64,000 nucleotides of DNA, taken from NCBI GenBank assembly GCA_030141605.1, contig JAQGDQ010000013.1:194458-258457 (forward strand), written 5' to 3'. Of the stretch, positions 27,259 to 37,806 are shown in pieces (position 1 is the first letter of the stretch; each line of letters opens with the position of its first letter). The notes beneath the pieces are model-generated. The model made no database searches. It was not told where the DNA came from and saw nothing but the letters and a program-made list of their open reading frames with translations. This DNA comes from Tubiluchus corallicola. Lineage: Eukaryota > Animalia > Priapulida. Position numbers and translations under genes: made by a program.

Positions 27259-29790
27259 TTAATAACTGTTTTCATGACCAGCTAAAATATAGAGATCAGA
27301 CATCGCTGCCACAGAATCGTCTGTAGGTCTGCTCTCTAGTACAATGACACGATCACTTCCCAGCAAACGAAAGATCCTGGACTTGTCGCATATCTCCTGG
27401 GTCACCTCGTTCTCCTTCAGGCTACGGCCTTGCATGCCGTGCTGGCTGAATGCTAAGATGCTGTCTGTTAAACAGACGATAGATTCTACCTTAAAGTCAA
27501 AGTGCAGCTCGGAAGCTCGCTGACGGTTAGATTTCATTCGTCCGTGGGTATTAACCACTTTCACCACATTATTGTAACACACTAATAACGTGTCTTTTTC
27601 TAATTGAGTGACATTGATAACTTCAAGTTGTTTATATTCATCTGATGATTCACTGCGATCGAAAAACCAGTTTGAACCGGAATTCAAATTTACCATGTCT
27701 AACTTGAGGTGATAACGATCACGCCCCTGGTGGACGTTATAGCAAACGACGGGATATTCCTGATCAGGGCTGATTATCATTTCAAATACACGTAACGGAT
27801 ATGGCACAGGAAAATCAAACTGTTTCAACAGCATGAACTTGCTCAATGGTTCATACCACTGCAACAAGATAATACTCATAGGGGTAGCACCACACAAATA
27901 CCTGTACCCATTATACTGATTTCTACCTACGCAGCACTTCACACAGCCCTTTGTATCAGGCACTTTTACAGATATCACATATTTCCTCGGCACTAGCTTG
28001 CCGGGTATCTTGTTCATGGGTAAAGAAAAACGATTCTGCTGCCTTGAATGCATCATGAGCAGATCATGCCGATACAGCTGAGAGTTTTTCCCTGATATTG
28101 TCATCATGACATTATTAATTACATACATCCAGTGGCACCGCCGTGGATGTAGCTGATCCATTGTGGCTTCGTGCACTTGACTAAGATTCAACGTATAGAT
28201 GCCCTCTTCAGCACCAATTAAAATGTGTTGATCTCTCGTCTCAGGATGTATCCAACTTGCCGTGCAGCAAATACGCAGCGGACACCCATTAAAGACTTTT
28301 AAAAAGCACGCACCCATATGAACTTTTGGCGTACGTGGAAGACCGTTGAAAGTTGCCTCCTGTTCATCTACACGCCTGTGCTCCAGATTAGGAGCTTTTA
28401 GCTGAGGACCTGGGATGAGAGTTTCCGTTCCATCATGTACGGTTATCTCTGCTTCACCGTCAGAATCACCATTGTGATTTTGATCTAACGTGACTGAACC
28501 GGTTGAATCAAAAGTCAGCGTTGCCATTTGATCAGACATTTGGCTGCTATTTTCTGCATTGTGATTATTTAGTGCGGCAGAGTTATCTGCAGGTAAAGTA
28601 GCTTCCTGAGACATCCTATACTCATTGTCATCATACACTGGACTAGACTGTCGCACGCCGGCGTCACCAAAAGCACGAGCATCTTCCACATTGCGATGCC
28701 CCCATGGCAGGTTGTCATAAACTCCCACAGCACCAGCGACAGCACCACCAATGTCACGAGTCAAAGTCAAATCCTGCTCCAAGATGTCTGGACTCTGAGA
28801 CTTAGATTTCTTACTCTTGCTGGGATTTCTGCTCGCTATGCGTTGGGGTACATTTGGCGTGGTGCCCTCATCATCTGTTTCTGCATCCAAAGCAAAGGAC
28901 AACTGTGTTGGATTATTTACCCTGTCAAGCAAGTCTTTCGTGTAGCGTTTATTCAAGTTACCCTGCAGAAACTGATGCTGTAATAGTCTGTCTGCAGTTG
29001 GTCGCTTTTTCGGGTTTTTTGTTAATGCTATCTTTATGAAATTATGAAACGTAGGTGTGTACTTATTTTTGTCCTTCAGCTCAGGAGGCTTAAAACCACT
29101 TTTAGACATAAGAAACAGTGCTCTCATCGGATGCAAGTCAAACATTGGTGGTTGCAGTTCTGCCAGTTCTATTGAGGTAATTCCTACTGCCCAGATATCA
29201 CACTGTTGATTATAACCACCTTTACGTTCTACAGCAGCTACTTCTGGAGCCATCCAATATGGAGTTCCAATAAATGACTTTCGTTTACACAGCGTCTGCG
29301 TTATTTGAGCTGACACACCAAAATCTGCTAACTTTACATCTCCATCTTCTGTGAGGAGAATATTTGCTCCTTTTATATCACGATGCATTATGCCTTTACT
29401 ATGAAGGTACGCAAGGCCATGCAGTGTTTCTTTACACACAAACGCTATCTGTGATTCAGACAAAGGTCCAATCAAATGATAGATATCTTGCAGAGAACCA
29501 CCACCACAGTACTCCATAGCTATCCACAATTTATCACGCCTTAAGTAACTGCCAAAGTATGCGACTACATTAGGATGCTTACAGTCTTTCATCATTAAAA
29601 TTTCTTGTCTGATCACAGAAAAATCATCCCCAGGTTCAAGTTTGATCACTTTAATAGCCGACAGCTCACTAGTTTCAATGTGGCGAGCTTTGTAAACATC
29701 GCCATATGTACCACTGCCAACCCGCTGAATCAATTCAAAATCATCTTGCGGGTTGCGCCTGGAGATATCGGGTCCAGGAGAGACACTCAT
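27259..29790 (-). CDS. MAP4K3: Mitogen-activated protein kinase kinase kinase kinase (GCK-I family, MAP4K3/MAP4K5/happyhour), 843 aa, single coding exon
   Basis: Uninterrupted ORF. N-terminal STE20 kinase domain ([33 protein letters not shown]) and C-terminal CNH domain ([32 protein letters not shown]). A splice acceptor TTTTAG at 29897-29902 implies a 5'-UTR intron. Confidence 0.97.
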   Translation of the reverse strand: MSVSPGPDISRRNPQDDFELIQRVGSGTYGDVYKARHIETSELSAIKVIKLEPGDDFSVIRQEILMMKDCKHPNVVAYFGSYLRRDKLWIAMEYCGGGSLQDIYHLIGPLSESQIAFVCKETLHGLAYLHSKGIMHRDIKGANILLTEDGDVKLADFGVSAQITQTLCKRKSFIGTPYWMAPEVAAVERKGGYNQQCDIWAVGITSIELAELQPPMFDLHPMRALFLMSKSGFKPPELKDKNKYTPTFHNFIKIALTKNPKKRPTADRLLQHQFLQGNLNKRYTKDLLDRVNNPTQLSFALDAETDDEGTTPNVPQRIASRNPSKSKKSKSQSPDILEQDLTLTRDIGGAVAGAVGVYDNLPWGHRNVEDARAFGDAGVRQSSPVYDDNEYRMSQEATLPADNSAALNNHNAENSSQMSDQMATLTFDSTGSVTLDQNHNGDSDGEAEITVHDGTETLIPGPQLKAPNLEHRRVDEQEATFNGLPRTPKVHMGACFLKVFNGCPLRICCTASWIHPETRDQHILIGAEEGIYTLNLSQVHEATMDQLHPRRCHWMYVINNVMMTISGKNSQLYRHDLLMMHSRQQNRFSLPMNKIPGKLVPRKYVISVKVPDTKGCVKCCVGRNQYNGYRYLCGATPMSIILLQWYEPLSKFMLLKQFDFPVPYPLRVFEMIISPDQEYPVVCYNVHQGRDRYHLKLDMVNLNSGSNWFFDRSESSDEYKQLEVINVTQLEKDTLLVCYNNVVKVVNTHGRMKSNRQRASELHFDFKVESIVCLTDSILAFSQHGMQGRSLKENEVTQEICDKSRIFRLLGSDRVIVLESRPTDDSVAAMSDLYILAGHENSY

Positions 29791-30642
29791 TTTGACAGCT
29801 CTGCGTTTATGTGTTTACCCTGTCGTTAAGTACTACATTTTGCACAATGACAGTCTGATACAGCAAACATCCAAAGTGAAAGCTTCTGGAACTATTCTAA
29901 AAAATAAAAGTAAAAAAAAAAGATCAGACCAGTTTTAACTTTTCTTCAGTTAATAACAATTATACAACAACATAAATGTCAGAGAAACATCATCTGAATT
30001 ATAGTTGTTTTAAGAACTATAAGAAAACAGTGGGCATCATAATTTAAAGTTAAAAATTATTCAACAACAAAGCAATGATGGCTCATTGTTATAGTGCACC
30101 CTATGCCTACAGGTACAAATCAAAATATTTTCGGGAACTTTTGATTTTAACCATGACTTCTTAAACCTGGAAATTACATATTACATCAGTGATCAAGGTT
30201 TCGCCAATAAGCAGACTTTTTCAGATAGAATAAGGTGCAATATTATTTATTAGACGTTAGTAAATCCATTACACATGTATGATACAACTTTTGAATCCAA
30301 AATAATAAATGTGATTTTTCAATATTTAGCTCTAAAATCATTTTCGTTGCAGATTCGGTTGTTAAATGTAATTTTGTTGCAGCACTATCGAGCATTTCTA
30401 CAAACGTTTTCAACACATCCGCTTTCTCAATCCAATTATTTAACAACAGGTCTGTGCATGTTTCATCTATAAATGCAGATCAGTAACACACATACAGTTG
30501 CTAAACAGTGCCGAGCATAACACGTTATGTGTGTGAACGCTGTAGAAAAAGATAGCTTCACCGTCGGGACAACAGCAATGTTAAACATTTTAAACTATAA
30601 ACACGCTTTGATGCGACAAAAGCTATTTAAATTTATTAGCTA

Positions 30643-32919
30643 CAGTAGTCACTGCTTAATAGACTCACGGTTAATAGACTCAATCGCTTAATTGACTCAA
30701 AAATGCCTGGAACGGGCCGTTTCTATTCAAATATACATAAAAACTATCGGTAATTGACTCAAATAACTTTGCTTAATTGACTCAATATTTTCCTTCATGT
30801 ACTTAAAATAAGACATATGTATGTGCCCAAATAGCCTTTCCTACTTTTATGTCATCTTTACTTCCCTTTTGTGCATTATATATGTAGAAACAATCATGTT
30901 AAGTGCCGTTTTGTTTGTCAACAGGTACGTTTATCATACGCTAGCGTAGCGGTTTTGCTTCGAATCTGTTATCCGCTCGCCCACTGCAATTAACCTCGTT
31001 ACCCAAAGCACTTCTGGAAGCTAAACATTTAATCACTTGCCTAGCAGTTTCCTTTTGATGTTCTAGTTGCAAATCACGCTTTCAGGTTTAATGAATTAAT
31101 AGTCAAAGATGTGATGTACTTACAAGAGTAAACATCATACAGCAAATAAGAGCATAGAGTTAAGAAGTTTGAAAAATGGAGCATAAGCATAAAGATCTAA
31201 CAGTTAAGGAGAAACTGAAAATTTTAGAGCAGTACGATAAACTTCCAAAGATGGGGCAGAGGTGTGCAGCAGCGCAGTTAAACATTTCCCAAAGCACTTT
31301 CGGCAGAATACTGAAAAAATGATCTGAAATTGAGCAAGCCAAAATGAGAGCATCTAAGAGGCGACACACAGGAAAAGACTGTAAAGTGGAGTCAGCATTA
31401 AAAGTGTGGTAACACAAGAGAAAAAGATGCTTGAGTGAATTTCCTTTAATGCAACAGAAAGCAGAGGATTTGGCAAAGAAAATGGGAAAGGAAGATTTTG
31501 TTGCAACAGATGGGTGGTTTCAGCAATGGAGAAAGCGTGAAAACATCGTGTACAAATGTACCCATGGTGAGGAAAAGGATGCTGATGTTCCAGCTGCTGA
31601 AAATTGGATAGAAGAAGAGTGGCCAAAAATTATTGCAGGGTATTCACCCGACAACATTTACAACGCCGATGAAACTGGACTTTATTTTAGAGGTTTGCAT
31701 GAGCACACCTACTTATTTGAGAAGAAATGGCAAAGGGGTGTAAGATTTCAAAAGAACGCGTGACAGTGTTATGCTGTGTAAGCATGTCAGGAAAGAAGGT
31801 AAAACTGCTGGTGATTGGTAAGCAAGAATCCCCCATGTTTTAAAGGTGTTACAACGTTACCGGTAGATTACTGTGCAAACTTGAATGCTTGGATGATGGC
31901 TGTATTGTTTAACGAATGGTTAGTGAAATTGGATGTGAGCTTAAAGCGAAACATTATTTTACTGGTAGACAACTGTAGTGCCCATGTACTCAGTGCATCA
32001 TTGAAACACATTAAAGTTGCGTTTTTGAATGGAAACACCACATCACTTATTCAGCCCTGTGATCAATGCACTGAAGGCATACTATAGAAGAGAAATGCTG
32101 GCGAGAGTGTTAGAAGAAATGGATGCCACTGATCAATTAAGCGCAAACGACTTAGCCAAAAAACTACCCTCCTGAACGCTTTACATTTACTAGCTATGTC
32201 ATGGAGTAATGTAAGTGAGCAGACGATTCGGAGCTGTTTTAGTCATGCCCAATTCGCTTGTGATTCAATTCCCACTAAGTTGCAGGAGATAAGCCTGTTA
32301 CCATCTACTCCACCTGGTATGAGCAGCAGCGAGTTCGAGACCTGAGTGGAAATTGATTTGGCCATTCAAGCCACGTCACAAATAACCAATGACGAAATCA
32401 TCACCATTGCAAGGAGGAGACAAGAAGAACGTAAAGAGGCCATTTGCAGGGAAACAAGGGCACCACCAACTGCAGTTCAAGCATGTTAAGCGCCAAATGT
32501 TTTACGAGAATAAGTGCACCACACAGCAACAGATTTTCAACGTTTTTATAATTACGAGAACTTTGTGAGCCAACTTTTCCGTGGAAAATGAAGCAGCCGA
32601 CTTTGAAGGAATTTTTGCGATTTTTGCAAATTAAACAGACTTAAAAAAGTCTGTGATTTAGAAAAGTATAACTTTTAATTTATTGCTAATTCACTTATAT
32701 AAATGAATATTTTAAATTTTTTTCTGATTTTCAACTGCACAAAGGAATTTAGGCATTACTTCGTTTCTAAAATTCATTAAAAGCCTTTGCAGTGCATAGT
32801 AAACTGATGACTCATACTTCTACAGCAGTAGTACTACACCCATCGGTTAATAGGTTCAATCGGTTAATTGGGTCAAAACACGACGGTCCCAAAGTGAGTC
32901 TATTAAGCGGCGACTACTG
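30643..32919 (+). mobile_element. Tigger/pogo DNA transposon, full length (2277 bp), inactivated
   Basis: 26-bp TIRs CAGTAGTC(A/G)C(T/C)GCTTAATAGACTCAC, TA duplications at 30641-30642 and 32920-32921, and subterminal TTAATTGACTCA repeats. Contains a decayed transposase. Confidence 0.95.
31176..32600 (+). pseudogene. Tigger (CENP-B/DDE_1) transposase pseudogene
   Basis: Fragments: MEHKHKDLTVKEKLKILE (HTH-psq), FVATDGWFQQWRKRENI (CENP-B HTH), IYNADETGLYF, ILLVDNCSAH and NTTSLIQPCDQ (DDD motifs). Broken by in-frame stops and frameshifts (ORF pieces 31431-31763 and 31815-32087). Confidence 0.9.
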
Positions 32920-33012
32920 TATTTGCAAAACTGGAGAACAGGTACAGTTCAATTAAACATATGAGGAGGTATTAAATTATTCAGCAAAATAAGTGTATAG
33001 ACCCAAGTAAGG

Positions 33013-33106
33013 CTAACTTAACAATCCATTTATTCTTATCTTCGTTAATGGCCTAAAATAGCTTTTTAAAGGTTTATAAACCATTTCATTAGGATAACTG
33101 ACCTCT
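33013..33106 (+). repeat. Dispersed repeat of about 90 bp, copy 1 (copy 2 at about 41333-41423)
   Basis: TCCATTTATTCTTATCTTYGTTAATGGCCTRAAATAGCTTTTTAAAG..ATAAACCATTTCATT..GGATAACTGACCTCT occurs twice in direct orientation. Confidence 0.8.
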
Positions 33107-34723
33107 TGGTAAAGAAACTGTATTTGTTTTTTGTAAGTTATTCCTATGGCAAAAATGGTTTTATCTGCCACCTTCCTACTCGTAAGAGCGAAAAATTCCA
33201 AGCAGTATATGATTGATAACTATGATTGTAATTCAATTTAAATCCGGCTATGTAAACAATCAACATGACAGTGATTATCAGTAATTAGCTCAAATTCGTT
33301 GTTCAGTCACCAGGTTGCCATTGTTTGTATTGCATCTTGGGAGTATTCTCTGACCTCTCCCATCATACCATCTTTCCAAGAATTTTTCCATGTAAATCTG
33401 GAAATGGCTAGTAACTGACGTCAAACATATCAGTCTATCGCTCTGCGTCAAACATATTAGTCTATCGCTGTAATGTAAGCACGCTCAGCAGCATTCAGGA
33501 AAAACAGCTCACGCTGGATAACAACTGTCTAAACTAAACTAAACAACAAAACAGTCACAACTAATGTCTAATCAGCAGATAAACTGATTGCACTTGTTCA
33601 CAAACACAAATTTGCAGAGCAGCAGCCATCCTTACACGAAATTAACACTTCAAGTAGCCAAAAAATGACTTTTCGATTTAAACAGATTGCAGAGATGAAG
33701 TTTAAAAGTACTATAAAATACGAGAGACATAAGTATAATAAGAAAACTAAGCCAGTTAGCCTTGCTTTACAATAAATGAGTCTCTCTTGCCTTTGAGCAT
33801 ATGAACATCCTGCCTGCGATGTATTTTTCCATATTAACTGATTATGTGCTCGTCTGCAAGATTTATTCAGTTTTTGTATTTTTCCATTTGTTAGGCTACG
33901 GAAATTGAATAAACTTGATTGTTCCATTCCTCATATTGAATGCCGGAGTTACATAAGTCCCAATGGCATCTTTTAACCATGAGTATAAACAGAAAAAGAG
34001 TGCAAAATTAACTAATATTACATTGATGTATAAAATAGGTTTTGACCACATTTAAATGAATTTTGACTGTGAAGATCTCATTGACGTTCATAAAAACTGG
34101 CCAGAAAAGAAAACATTTTGTTTTGTCCTTATTTAAAGTTAATCAAATAGTTCGTTTTTATTTAACTTGCAAAACCATAAACTAAACTACACTGCGTATT
34201 TTCCTGAATGCAAAATTGTTTAATCAGCAACTCATAGATGTAGGCGTTGTGCATTTCTTCAATGAAACTAAACTATATGTTTCCACTAATTCACTTGCAA
34301 TTTCAATTGGCAATGACAAAATCTAGAATCAGGCCAATATTTCACCCGCTAACTAATGAAAAGGTCAGCATTTTTCATAACAGTATTAGACGGAGCTGTA
34401 GCTAAATATCCCAAACGTACCTGCATTAATTAAGCTCTGTAGTGGCGTGAAATAACTTGCGCGCTGATTGGGCAGTCAACAAAAATGATTGACATTATCT
34501 AAGACGTCAAACGTCAATTAAATGATAATGTATATTGAACATGGTGAGCTGCGTCCACTTTGAAATCCTCTCCGCTTTTGAGGCAGAAAGACGAAAAATA
34601 AACTAAGATATGAAAACAACAAAAAAGTTGGAGATGGAGTCGATCACCTACTCTTGCATCTCTATATATATATATAGACACAATTAAGACCATGCTTGCC
34701 TGCATTTTCTCTTTAAAAAATGC

Positions 34724-34725
<2 letters not shown>

Positions 34726-34768
<43 letters not shown>
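34726..34768. repeat. (TA)n microsatellite
   Basis: Pure TA run. Confidence 0.9.
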
Positions 34769-34773
<5 letters not shown>

Positions 34774-34793
34774 AGTCAATATTTTCTGATATA

Positions 34794-35436
34794 CCATATA
34801 CGTGCATACAAGTCGGTCTTATGTACAAGTCGATGTGCATTTTAAGACCAAAAATTGCATCATTTTATATATTACCTGTGTACAAGTCGACCATAAAATA
34901 TAACGATCTTCCAGAGTAAATGAAGTCAACAATGGCCTAATTATAAATCAATAGCCTACTGTGTTAGTGTGTAAGATATGTGCAAGAGCCTGGGCCGAGT
35001 ATATTATACCTACCCAATGTTTACATGTATATATATATTCATGTTGAGGGCCCTCAATGCAATCTGTGAAATGCAGCCTGGCCTTTTATCACGCATAATT
35101 GTTTGTAATGCCTTTAGCCCAAGGATATCATGGCCAGGACCCATTGTAACATTTCAGTCGCTGATTTCTCACTTTCTCACATATATTAAAATAAATCACA
35201 GTAATATTTGTTAATTTTATGAAGTAATGTCAAGATGCGAACATTCTCTGATGTGAAGTATCACAGTATGACTGTTCATTCAGCCCAGCGTATAATGAAG
35301 GATTATTTCTTTACATATTCGTATTGTAGACGACTCTTTACTACGACATCTCCCAAAAACATATCTTAAGTACATCGACGAAAAATATCACCTTAAAATC
35401 GCCTACCAAAAATTCGACTTGTACATAAGTATATGG
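34794..35436. mobile_element. pogo/Tigger-like MITE, about 640 bp
   Basis: Termini CCATATAC....TACAAGTCG and CGACTTGTACATAAGTATATGG with TA flanks; internal repeats of TGTACAAGTCGA. Confidence 0.7.
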
Positions 35437-37099
35437 TAGTCCCTATTTGCAGATATACTTAGAGATACACAATAAAACTACTTGATGGCGGCAAATGTTC
35501 ACGCCACAAAAGGTGGAATTTGCTTAATATTTTAATAATTACTACAGCTACTACTAGTCACTACTACTACAAGTACTAGTACTACTGGCAGAAATATTAA
35601 CTCATGCTCGATTAAATATTTCGAGTTATCATTTTACTTGACGAAATAGCAGTCTTTCTATGCTATGATTCAATTAAACTTAATTCACTTTAAGTACTGA
35701 TACTACATTTAAGAACATTGGAAACATAAAACAAAACAGTAAACGTTTACCAGGCACTATATGACTAAAAAGTGCAGTACTATCACAAAAACAAATAAGC
35801 GGCTTCAAATATGCATCATTACCTCTTCTACGCCAGTACGAAAGTTACAAATAAAAACCAAAAAAAGTTACATAAGTGACAGCCCAATGCTGATTAAACT
35901 CTTTCAACATTTATCAGAAAGAAAATGGAGGTGTTTTCACTTAACAGAAAATCTGAAACAAAGTAGCGCACCCCGCTTTGGTATTAATATTTTGGGCACG
36001 ACCAACTCTGCATGGTCATTGGGCAATCCTAGTTTCTTAGCAAATTAGCAGCAGCAAGTTTAATTACTATGCGATTTTTTCCTGTAGTTTCCAATAAAAA
36101 TTACCTGTTTGATTATTTGTAGATCAGATTTTTTCCAAATAACAGTACATCTAATCCACCTATTAAACTTACTAAAACCTGCACTTGATTCATAAAACCT
36201 CTACTTTTGCAAAGGAGTATAACATTATTTAGGTACAAGGTTTAAAATGATTTATTGTTATAGTATCAAACTTGTTTAAGACTTATGGTAGTCACGAGCC
36301 TACTAATGATAATATTTTTGAGAGATAATAATTATAAAAATATTATAATATGATGGACAGACATTGGCAAAGTTCAGTTTCCAATGACGCTTACATAATA
36401 TACACACTTTAGTGAACTTTAGTTATATGCTACTAGGAATGAGTGCAGTCTTATACAAGGAACATTATTCTGATGACTGGCCAAAATTTAATGACGGCAC
36501 TGTAATCACCATGCAGCATTAAAATCCGCCAATCATCAGTGTCAGCATTAGCAATCAGATGTGAAAGGATATTCCAACTTTCTTCTTTATGCCATTTTTT
36601 AATGTTTACCTAGAAATGGTTTGCACTTTAATAATTTATGATTTGTTAGAAAAATTTCAGACTATCATTTTCAGACAAGGTGGGCCTTCACTTTACATTT
36701 TGTGTCTGATTTTTTAATATAACTTTTCTGAACCAATGTGAGAAATAATCCGACAACATGACACTATGTTCATCACATCTTGATTCTTTTGTGGGAATTT
36801 ACGAAATACAAAGTACTGTTCACTACTATTTAATCTTGAAACCCTGAACTTCAAGGTTATCATTAGCAAGGTTATTAAAGAGTAAGCACAAAGGATGTTG
36901 CAGAAAACATGGTATGAAATCAAATGTCACTTAGATGTGCTCCAGCAAGTAACTTTTAGGAAACATGCTAAATTCTACTAATAGGGGAAAAACTTCTTCA
37001 GATAAAATGTGAGCTGCACAGTATGTTTATAATGTTTGTACAGCATGTCTTTTTGTACAGGATGTAGAGGATTGTACATGTTTGTACAAGATGTCTTGT

Positions 37100-37277
37100 G
37101 TAATAAATTTTGGAAAATTCCCCACACAGTTTAAGTATCCAAACCTTAATCCTAACCCTTTCTCTAACCCTAACCCAGCCCTAACCCTAACCCCAACCCT
37201 AATGCTGATCCTAATCATATAACCCTAATCTACTTCATGAACCAATTTGTTGTGTGTGGGGAATTGTAAACTTTAGG
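37100..37277. mobile_element. MITE-like element with internal (CCCTAA)n telomere-like repeats, copy 1
   Basis: Inverted ends AATTCCCCACACA and TGTGTGGGGAATT enclose degenerate CCCTAA repeats. An inverted copy lies at 43456-43602. Confidence 0.65.
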
Positions 37278-37649
37278 TTAAATTTTTATTATAACAGTAA
37301 AGGATGTATTTTCTGTATTAACTCGTTTATCTGTTTTTTTCACGTCACTTTCATCACAGAAATTAATAAGTTAAAGTCAGCGCTAAGGCGTTTGACTTCA
37401 CAGATTTCTTACTTTTGCGTTGGGTTTTTAAAGCTTTTTATCGACTTCCAGTTTCCACTTTTGCACATTTCAGTTCCAGCTGTATTTCTCCTAAAAGCTT
37501 TGTTATTTGACTGTTGTTTTGGTTTACTTACTTGTTCACTGTTTGAATTGGAAACTTCGAACATAATAAAGTTCAGCCCTGGACGACAATTATAACGAAA
37601 CCCAGTCGTGATTATTTTTTTGCGGTCGTGAACAATTGAAAACAAAACA

Positions 37650-37806
37650 GACGCGACTTTTTCGGAGCTCTTGAATCGAAGACTAGTTTATTATAGTATG
37701 CTAGTAGCTTGTTTTCGCGGGATTTCATTTTTATAATTTCCCCAGTAATGAAAATTGTATGACTTAGTTTTATCACCAAAAAAACTACTGTGGAAAAATG
37801 GCGCCG
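37650..37806. promoter_or_regulatory. Putative bidirectional promoter of PARP2 and a divergent minus-strand transcript
   Basis: Short, relatively CpG-rich region with an E2F-like TTTTCGCGGGA (37712-37722) and a YY1-like AAAATGGCG overlapping the PARP ATG. Minus-strand splice donors at 37531 (GTAAGT) and 37412 (GTAAGA). Confidence 0.5.

Noticed and set aside
37141-37230. Telomerase RNA template or true telomere
   Set aside because: The repeats are degenerate, enclosed by TIRs, and recur as a second dispersed copy at 43456-43602.
37250-37700. RNase P RNA gene head-to-head with PARP2, as in human
   Set aside because: No recognisable CR-I/CR-V (P4) motifs on the minus strand, and the region has splice donors instead. 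An Infernal search with RF00009 would be decisive.
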